Below are positions 55,523 through 64,000 of a DNA stretch of 64,000 nucleotides, in pieces. Positions within the stretch are counted from its first letter, which is position 1. Every line of letters starts with the position of its first letter. A program made the translations under genes and the position numbers. Source of the DNA: Thecamonas trahens ATCC 50062 (taxonomy: Eukaryota > Protista > Apusomonadida); assembly GCF_000142905.1 (NCBI RefSeq), contig NW_013657626.1:62001-126000 (forward strand). Direction: 5' to 3'. The notes below the pieces were generated by a model. It made no database searches. It had not been told where the DNA came from and saw only the letters and a program-made list of their open reading frames with translations.

Positions 55523-57028
55523 CTAGCCCTGGAGCGGCTTGGTGTGCCATGATCGGGCGACGAGCTCGCCTACAAGACGGGTAAAGGAGGTGGAGTAGTC
55601 AGCCTCTGCAAGATCCAGCTCGTCATCACTATCGCCGTGGCAGATCAGTAGTGTCCCGACAGCGAGGGGCGAGCTGGGATGCGGCGGCGACAAAGGCAGC
55701 GGGTTCGACACAGGTGCAGTCCGCGCCACAGTGTGGGCGGCTTTGATCGCCGCCTCGCTGTCAGTTAGCGGCGGCACAAAGTCGACGAGAGCTGGTGGTG
55801 GAGTGGCCGGATCCGGCCAGGCGGCAAAGTGCGGGGCGCCAGCAGCTTGGGCCCAGTCCTGGAGCGTGGCTCCATCATTGGCACTAAAGGTGAGCGTGAG
55901 CGCTGCTGCACGCGCGCCGGCCCTGCCCGACCGTCCGATCCGATGCAGATAGGTGGCGAGCGAGGCTGGAAGGCCATAGTTGACAACGACGCTGACCCGG
56001 TCGATGGAAATGCCGCGGGCCAGGACATCGGTGGCGACCAGGATCTGGGCATTGTACTCGCGAAACCGCTCCAACGCTGCATTTCGCTCTTCAAACGCAA
56101 GCTTGCCCGATATCATCTCCGTCGCCCACCCGCAATCGCTGAGCGCATTAGCCACCGACGCCGCGAGCGCGTGCGATGAGGCAAAGACCACGGCCTGATG
56201 CGGGTCGAGCGCTGCAAGGTAGCTTTCCAGCAGATTCTTGCGCTGCCGCGGCTTACGGCAAGCACTGGCGTCCGCGTGAAACTGGGCCATGTGCTCGAGC
56301 GCCAACTGTTCCGCATCGACCGCCACAATCTCTGGTGAAGAGCCCTTGCGGAGCAACGGCGCTACGTGCGGTGACGAGACAAAGCCGTCTGGGAGGGTGG
56401 CGGTGAAGAACATCCGGCGCGCCGATGCCGGCAAGGCTGCTGCCAGCGTCGCCATGTCGTCGCGGAAAGACGACGTGAGACAGACTACATCCGCTTCGTC
56501 CACAGCAACTGTCACCACTGCCGCGGCTGAGAGCAGGCCCAGACGCAGCAAATGGGCCAGTCGACCGGGCGATCCGACCGCGGCACGGGCGTCAGTGCCC
56601 AGCGCCTGCAAGGCGGTATCGATGGATGTTGCGCCCGACAGTACCGCCGTCTGTAGCGGCGGCACAAGCGCCGATCCGAGCGCATTGACCACTGCAGCAT
56701 GCTGGACAGCCAGCTCTGCCGTGGGCACGACGACCAAGATCTCTGGATAGGCCACCAGCTCATTGCGGCAGCCATCGGCACTGGTATGGGTATGAACATC
56801 GGCCTCCTCCAGCATGCGCTCCACGCCAGCAAGGGCAAAGACAAGCGTCTTGCCTGTCCCATTGCGGGCCTGGATGATGAGGTCCGAGTCGGAGCGGCCG
56901 ATGCGCGGGATGGCCACAGCCTGGACCCTCGTCGGCTGCCTCATCCCCACCCTATGCAGAGCATCCACCACGCGTGTCGAGAGTCCAAGCTCGTCAAAGC
57001 TTTGCCGCCCTTGCTCGCAAGCTGCCAT
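55523..57028 (-). CDS. DEAD-box RNA helicase, DDX20/Gemin3-like
   Basis: Q motif PTRVQ, DLIIQARNGTGKTLVF, PTAELA, VDEAD, TAT (motif III), TDVLARGI, YLHRIGRSGR. Confidence 0.85.
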   Translation of the reverse strand: MAACEQGRQSFDELGLSTRVVDALHRVGMRQPTRVQAVAIPRIGRSDSDLIIQARNGTGKTLVFALAGVERMLEEADVHTHTSADGCRNELVAYPEILVVVPTAELAVQHAAVVNALGSALVPPLQTAVLSGATSIDTALQALGTDARAAVGSPGRLAHLLRLGLLSAAAVVTVAVDEADVVCLTSSFRDDMATLAAALPASARRMFFTATLPDGFVSSPHVAPLLRKGSSPEIVAVDAEQLALEHMAQFHADASACRKPRQRKNLLESYLAALDPHQAVVFASSHALAASVANALSDCGWATEMISGKLAFEERNAALERFREYNAQILVATDVLARGISIDRVSVVVNYGLPASLATYLHRIGRSGRAGARAAALTLTFSANDGATLQDWAQAAGAPHFAAWPDPATPPPALVDFVPPLTDSEAAIKAAHTVARTAPVSNPLPLSPPHPSSPLAVGTLLICHGDSDDELDLAEADYSTSFTRLVGELVARSWHTKPLQG

Positions 57029-57292
57029 CCTTGTTGCCCACCGTCCACAAGCCTCCTGTCCTGCCCCGCCCCGAGATATCGAGCGAGTCGAGTGCCCTGG
57101 GCCGAGTGCACTGGGCTGGCCGTCGTGAGCGGTGTGCTCGGCGAGTTCCGCAGGGACAGACGCACCAGTCGGTGGCCGACCACTCGCACAGACTCGCTGT
57201 GATGGAGATGGCCTGCCATTTCACATTCTGTTGTCGAAGCTTTTTTCACTTGTGGGTGGCTAGGGGGGGGGGGTAGATGGACTGCCGGCTAG

Positions 57293-58891
57293 CTAGGCAA
57301 GGATGGCGGCCAGCTCGCGGGCCAACTCGCTGATGAGAGCGGCGGGCGAACCGGGCGGTGGCGGGGCGCCTGGCGGGTTCTGTGCGGCAGCTAGCCAGGG
57401 CGAGGCGGGAAGGCCCAGCTGCTGGACGAGGGTGGTGCCGTGTGGGGCCTCGACGACCAAATGTGCCAGCGCCTTGGCCAGGCGGTAGAGGTCAAGCAGA
57501 TCGGTGACGAGCGCAAGGTCGATGTGGAGCAGGCGCTCGGTGAGGCCGGCAACGAGCTGGAGGTAGGTGTCTGAGAGCTCGGCTGTGTCAGCAATCATGG
57601 CCAGGTTGTGGACGGCGGCGATGGCTGGGGTGCGGACGGCGGCCTCGACCTCGTCGGTGGTGTGAGCCAGCAGGAGCGAGACGAGGGCGGTGGCACGTTC
57701 GTTGGTGGCGCGGAGGTATGCGCCGGCACGGGGCATCGAGAGCACGTTGGCGACAAGGCGGAATACCATGATGCGGACGTGGCGGACGGCAGAGTCCGGC
57801 TGCGCCAGCGCCCACAGCGACGCCAGGCGGGCATCGTCCTTGTCAGCGAGTAGGTGTTGGGCCAGCCGTGGGCGAAGGACAGCAATGCGCAGGACGTCGA
57901 GGACAGCAAAGGCGTCCTTGCCCTCAAGCCCCATGAGGGCGAGATTGAGCAGAGCGTCAAAGGCACTGCCGGCGAGCTGCGCTGAGCCGGCAGCTTCGGG
58001 ATCCGCCTTTAGGTCTGCGATCCACTCACAGAGCGCGTCGACTGAGCCGCAAGTGGCGGCGACCATCTCGGCCAGCGCCGCGTGCTGGTCCTTTTCCAGC
58101 TGGCTGCGGATGTGCTTGGTCACGCCGCCTGCGTTGAAAGAGGCAAAGGTGACAAACGAGGTGTCGGAAGCGAGGCGATAGCGCGGGGTGGGTGCGATGG
58201 ACGACTCTGACGACGATGCAGAGTCAGCAGTGGCCGAGGCGACGGGAACGGCCGATGAGACCGAGTTGACCGACTCGCCCAGAGCGCCACCCATGCCACC
58301 CATCATGGAGTCGATGACCGGGCGCATCATCTGCCCGAGCGGAGTGGAGAGGAACTCTGACGGGAGTTCCCTGACGTAAGCCGGAATGGGATTTCCTGTG
58401 AGCCACCTCGAGGCGGCATCGGTAAAGTGATTGCAGTTGTTGTCGAGGAGATGATACGATGCCGGAGTAAACGATGGCGCCAACTGAGCGAGAAAGGCTT
58501 CAAACTCTGCCTTGCTCTTGCTCGTCCTTCCCAACTCCTCCACCTTGACCGGGTTGCCATAGGGCGTGACCCCAGCCGGTGCCACCTGCAGCCCACCACC
58601 GTAATAGTACTCATTGCCATACACAACAATACCCGTATGCCTACATCCATCCCTCCATTCTGCGTCAGTCAGTGCCTGCCATCGGTCCTCCCCCCCCCCC
58701 CCCCCCCCCCCCCTCCCCCCCTCCCATTGCCTTCACGAACGCGACCGGACCGGGCCCCGCTCCCCGCCATCCAAGCTCATCACGTACCAGATGCCATCAA
58801 TGCGCTTGCCGATGAACGACTGAGACATCGCCATGGCCATCCCACCGGACAGATCATACACATGTAGCCGCACAGATGCTCCGCTGGACAT
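57293..58891 (-). CDS. DeSI/PPPDE peptidase fused to a PUL-like domain; exons 58891-58788 and 58640-57293
   Basis: V.L.VYDLS.GMA...IDGIW|HTGIVVYG.EY, YHLL.NNCNHF (His/Cys dyad), LP.EFL.TP.G. GTACGT..TAG intron 58787-58641. C-terminal FAVLDVLR...MVFRLVAN is PUL-like. Confidence 0.88.
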
Positions 58892-59684
58892 CTCTGCTCC
58901 GTAGGGATGAGTCTGGTGAGTGAGGTGCCTGTCCGCGCGGCTGCCTGCGCTCGTTGCGGCGTGAGAGACATCGTTTCCGGCTCCGGGCTTCCAAGCTGGG
59001 CGCATTTTCGCTGATCGGTTTGGAAGATCTGATGAGTGTGGTCAGAGAGGGGGGAGTGGGGAGATGTGGGTTTGATCGGGTGGTCTGGAGCCGTGGTTTG
59101 GGTATGACATGCCCGAAGGCGAGCGCGTCACTCGGGTTGTTGCCGGCTACACCCCGAGGAATGATAATCGCTCAGCAGCGAGCCACTGATGCGCTGCTTG
59201 AAGATGGAGGGTGGGCATACGACATGCCCATGATGATGTACTTGGCTGGTATGTGTGTGTGTGTTATGTGGAGGGGGAAGATCACGACGATGGACGGTGT
59301 GTGTGTGTGTGTGTCTGTGTGTTGTGTGTGCGCGCAGTGTGGTTGATCAGTGACCATTCCTTCTCTCACCTTCAGACTGGCGGACGTGATTTCTCCCACG
59401 GCGACACTGCCCACAAAGACGCAGATGAAGCCCATCCTGTCCTCACCCACACCCACCTCCCTCTCGAACCCGATTACACCCCATCGCCCACCTCTACCAC
59501 ACCCATTGCCATCAAATGGCTCACCATCAGCCCTTGGACCAACTCGGCCCGACCTCCGCCCCGCCGATGGTCCTTTGCCGACCAGAGCCACCACCACCAC
59601 GGCCACGACCACCACGACCACCTCTCTCTCTCTGTCTCTGTCTCTCTCTCTCTCTCTCTCTCTCCAAGGCGGAGAGTATAGAAG

Positions 59685-62600
59685 ATGGCTTCCACGGGAG
59701 GAGAAGTGGGAGAGTCTACCGAGTCTGTGTCTGCTCTTGCTGCCTTTATGGTGGTGGGCGTAGCCACGTCCGGCATGGACACCCTTGCTGCTCCCCTTGC
59801 CTCGGGGCGGTACGTGTGGCGGTGGTGAGGGCAGGGTGTGGTGGTGTGTGTGTGTGTGGGGGGTGGGGGGGGGAGAGTTTGTGACTCATGGTGTGTATGT
59901 GTATGTGTATGTGTTGTGGCTGTATGTGGCTGTGGTGGTTGTGGTGGTTGTGGTGGCGTGGCCGTGCTGCTTGGGCGACACGCACATGACTGATGGCGAC
60001 CACTGGGTGGACATGACTGATGGCGACCACTGGGTGGACATGACTGATGGCGACCACTGGGTGGACATGACTGATGGCGACCACTGGGTGGACATGACTG
60101 ATGGCAACCACTGGGTGGACATGACTGATGGCAACCACTGGGTGGACATGACTGATGGCAACCACTGGGTGGACATGACTGATGGTGATCACTGGGTGGA
60201 CATGACTGATGGCGACCACTGGGTGGACATGACTGATGGCAACCACTGGGTGGACATGACTGATGGCAACCACTGGGTGGACATGACTGATGGCAACCAC
60301 TGGGTGGACATGACTGATGGCAACCACTGGGTGGACATGACTGATGGCAACCACTGGGTGGACATGACTGATGGCAACCACTGGGTGGACATGACTGATG
60401 GCAACCACTGGGTGGACATGACTGATGGTAACGTACCGGCACCGGTCTCTTCTGCTGACATGCTGCTCATTGGCGATGACTGCCCTGACCTCGTCTGCTG
60501 ACCACACACGCGGCTGACGACTGCCCCGATACCGTGCACTGACTACACTCGACCTCTCGCTACGACCTTTTGCCAGTGTCAAGTACACCTCTGTCGCCCT
60601 CAATCGCCACTACATCGTATTTGGCGCCTCGACAGGCTCTATCTACGTGTACAACCGCGCAACACTGAAACATGTTGCCCTGGTCGCCACCTCGGCCGAC
60701 TCTGCCATCACCCGCCTCGCCTTTTCGCCGGCCGATGAAGACGTGGTGGCTACTGCTGCTGCCGACGGCCTCGTCCGCGTCTGGCGCCTGGCGCTGACCA
60801 ATGGCGCAAAGGGCAAGGGAAAGCCGAAGGAACTGCGCAAGGTCAAGGACCATAAGGACGCCAGCGACATTGTGGCGCTTGCCTGGGATGCCCCCGGCGA
60901 CAGGCTCTTTTCCGCCGATGCCTTGGGCGCCGTTGTTGTCACCTACGTCCGAGGTGCCAAGTTCCGCAAGTCGGAGCGCGTTGCCGCCGGCGCCACTCCT
61001 GTTGTCCAGCTTGACTACTCGGAACCGAGCCTCCTCGTCTCCAACACTGAGAAGGCTGCCCTCGTCGAGACCAAGACCAAAGACGTGGTCCAGATTGGGA
61101 CCCAGGCGCGCGATGGCGCGTACGGTGCATGCTTCACCCGCACGCTCGTGCCGGCCACACTGTCGACCGTCGCCGCAGCTGCCGGCGGCGCCACTCGCCT
61201 CATTTGCGCTGCCCGCCCGGGCGGCCGCGTCTGGCTTGCCGACGACTCGGGCAATGTCCACGCCACTCTCAATCTCGGCGAGGAGGTTGCCGACGTCGAG
61301 CCGCTCACACCGTTAGCGCCCACGGCCACCGCCTACGCGTCGTTCCCCATATCGGTCGGCTCGGCGTCCGACGAGGGCGATGCACCGGACGTCGAGTTTG
61401 CCCGCCTTGAGCAGATCGGTGACGCGCTCATCGCGCTCACGGCCTCGGCCGTCTTTGTGTTTGACCTTGAAACAGCCGGCGCCCGCCAGTGGTTCCCGCT
61501 GCCTGACGGGCCACCTGTGGTCGACGTCGCGCTTGACGCCGACGGTATGGTTGTCCTCCGCGAAGACGCGTCGCTCTCGCGCTACGCGATCACCCCCGTC
61601 TCCGACGTCTTTGCCGCTTACCTCGCCGCAGGAGACACGCTCTCAGCCCTTCATCTGGTGTACACCCTCGAGTGGGCGCCGCCGATCGCCGATTTTGAGC
61701 GCCTGGCCGCCGCCATGGGTGATCTCGAGCTTGACGATGACGTTGTCGAGCTTGTCACCGAGATGCTCGAAGAGGCCCAGGCTGCTGCTGCTGCTGCCGC
61801 CGAGGCCGCCGCTGCTGCCGCTGCTGCCGCTGCTGCTGCCGCCTACGATCCTGTTGTCGAGGCTGAGCGTGAGCGCGAAGCCGCTGCTGCTGCTGCCGCC
61901 GAGGAGGCTCGTGCCAAGCGCCAGGCTGCTGCCCGCGCACAACTGGAGGCTGAGGCCGAGGCTGTCCGCAAACGTGTCGAAGCTGCCCAGCGCGAGCAGG
62001 AGCGCCTTGCTGCTCTCGCCGCTGCTGCCACCGCCGCTACCCCGGACCCCGAGCCTCAGCCCGAGCCTCAGCCCGAGCCTCAGCCCGAGCCCCAGCCCGA
62101 GCCCCAGCCCGAGCCTCAGCCCGAGCCTCAGCCCGAGCCTCAGACCGAGCCTCAGCCCGAGCCCCAGCCCGAGCCCCAGCCCGAGCCTCAGCCCGAGCCC
62201 CAGCCCGAGCCCCAGCCCGAGCCCCAGCCCGAGCCTCAGCCCGAGCCTCAGCCCGAGCCTCAGCCCGAGCCCAAACCTGAGCCGGAATCCAAACCGCAAC
62301 CCCAGGCTCAAGCTCAAGCTCAAGCTCAAGCTCAAGCTCAAGCTCAACCTGTGTCCAACCCGTCGATTGCGCTCGCGACCCGCCCTGAAACTGAATCGGA
62401 CGGCGCCGTGTTGCTGCCTCTCAACAACGATGACGGTGACGACGAGAACAACTCGGCATCTTCAGGTGAGTCGTCGGTCTCGTCGGTCTCGTCGATGGAC
62501 GGCGCAGGCGGCTCGCTGGCTGGTGCCAACATGGCGGCCGTGCGCAGGTCGGGCGTGTCAGGCTCGTCGCGCCGCCGCAAGAAGAAGAAGCGCCGCGAGT

Positions 62601-64000
62601 CGTCGCGGTCGGAGGGGGGCAGCAAGTCCAAGTCCAAGACCAAGGCCAAGGCCAAGACCAAGACCAAGACCAAGACCAAGACCAAGACGGCCAAACTGGC
62701 CAACATCTTGTCGCCGAGCGCGCCAGCCCACATTGCTTCGCCGGCTGTTGGCTCGGCAGGCAAGCGGGGCCTGCCGTTCCTCCCGCCGCCAGGCATGACC
62801 AAGCCGCCGGGCTCGGCACCTATTCCGATTGTGCGCCCGTCGCCGATGCCCAAGAGCGTTGCGTCGCCACCAACAGGCAGTGGAACCTCACTCTCGCCAC
62901 CGCATACCCGCACCACATCGCCTTCGTCGCTCTCGGCCACCTCGCCGCGATCCAATCTCGCATCGCCGCGCAACGCAGCGTCGGAGACGGCTGCGCCCAA
63001 GCGGATGCATCGGAGGTCGTCGTCGTCATCGTCGCTGGTCGAGGCTGCCACTCTCGCAGCAGCAACCTCGGCCGCTGCCCTCCCACCTGCGCCGTCGGCC
63101 GACGCGTCCGCTGAGTCTGGTGACGACGGTGCCGACGAGAAGCGCTCGATGATGCAGCGGCTCAAGAGCATGAAGCGGAGTGCGTCGCAGCGAGTCTCCA
63201 AGTCGACCACCAACGTCAAGCGGATCATCAAGGAAAAGGCCCAACGCCGGTCGTCTTCGCCTGCGCTGGAGGCAGGCAGCACAGGCTCTGCGCTCCGCCT
63301 GGCCACCAAGGCTGTTCGCGACGTGCTTGGGGCGCCGCCGGCCACCCGTGCCACCATGGCCTTTGGCGCCATCCCCGCCGAGTTGCAGGCCTGGCTGAGA
63401 ATCTTTGATCCGGCCGCTGTCCCGTCGGACGTTCCGCAGCTGTGGATCGCCGAGGTCCTCGCCGCGTGTGTGGTCCACACCGTCCATCCAGCTCGCCTCC
63501 CGCTCGGCAGCGTGTGGACCGAAGCGCAGACGTGTGACTTTATCCGCGCCTATTTTGGCTCGCTGCACTCGGCCTCCATCCTTGCCTTTGCCAGCCGCCA
63601 CCACTATGCTGACGCCATCGCGCTTGTCCACGCCTGCGAGGACGAGGCGCTGCAGGCCGAGGCCCAGGCCGTGGTCGAGGCCGAGGCGGCCTCGCCCGAT
63701 GCGCCCGTCGACGGCGAGTCCGGGACGCCGACTGCGGCTGCTACGACGGTGTCCGCGCTCTCCCAGTATGCCAGCCGTCGCAAGGCACTGGACGATGCGG
63801 CGAGCTCGGGCCCCGACCTGCACAGCCTCCTCTGCCGCGACGGCAGCCTCTCGGCTGTGCTGCGGTACTTGCCGGTGCTGGCGCAGGCCTCACCCGAGCT
63901 CGCGCTCAAGCTCGCGCTCGACTGGTACCCGCAGGTCCAGCCGTGGATCTTTGCCCGCGCGCTGGGCATCGGCAGCGGCGACGCGCCTCCGGCCGCCGCG
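59685..64000 (+). CDS. HPS5/TECPR2-family beta-propeller protein, 3'-partial; exon 1 59685-59809, exon 2 from 60577
   Basis: Spliced [10 protein letters not shown]...[47 protein letters not shown], and late [17 protein letters not shown] intron 59810-60576. Absent from the ORF track, consistent with the frame running off the window (I spot-checked the frame at several positions). Confidence 0.85.
59984..60432 (+). repeat. 27-bp tandem minisatellite, ~16.5 copies (ATGACTGATGGCRACCACTGGGTGGAC), intronic
   Basis: Near-perfect head-to-tail units with no spacers, inside the HPS5-like intron. Confidence 0.95.
62047..62348 (+). repeat. Coding 12-bp PEPQ repeat (~19 copies) followed by a QA repeat
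   Basis: CCCGAGCCYCAG units in the HPS5-like frame. Confidence 0.9.

Noticed and set aside
59984-60432. CRISPR array
   Set aside because: Units are head-to-tail with no unique spacers, there are no cas genes, and the context is a eukaryotic intron.
1-64000. rRNA, tRNA, transposase, reverse transcriptase or viral genes; the many short overlapping ORFs
   Set aside because: None was recognisable by eye (tRNAscan/Infernal not run). The short ORFs are shadow frames expected in high-GC DNA.

Overview
Gene-dense, GC-rich eukaryotic (protist-like) genomic DNA with about 27 protein-coding genes, few introns and three N-gaps. The style is reminiscent of an apusozoan such as Thecamonas, but that is inference only. 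I found no rRNA, tRNA, CRISPR array or transposase. Genes in order: 3' end of a PDZ protein; class I myosin; lipase-like alpha/beta hydrolase; ABHD4/5-like hydrolase; two head-to-head half-size ABCA transporters; Rieske protein; cytosolic Hsp70; tandem-USP protein; PABP; PARP16-like; an orphan ORF; C2 protein; CENP-M-like; SAPS/PP6R-like; TBC1D22/Gyp1; PH-degenerate RapGAP-CNH (GARNL3-like); ankyrin protein; BCD1/ZNHIT6; PH-RhoGEF-PH-MORN; small acylated SKICH-like protein; coiled-coil/WD40; LRRIQ1-like; HAAO; CDK8; DDX20-like helicase; DeSI-PUL; and an HPS5/TECPR2-like gene that runs off the window. I reconstructed nine GT-AG introns by eye, all near 5' ends, and three of the longer ones carry minisatellites. 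Most notable: (1) a divergent pair of complementary-type ABCA half-transporters next to two lipid hydrolases; (2) six genes each broken by a frameshift that one added base repairs, most likely assembly error but testable for editing or recoding; (3) a ~140 bp, ~83% AT island bounded by a perfect 17-bp inverted repeat; (4) a CENP-M homolog keeping a near-intact P-loop; (5) an apparently false assembly gap inside PABP. Family assignments come from remembered motifs, not database searches.
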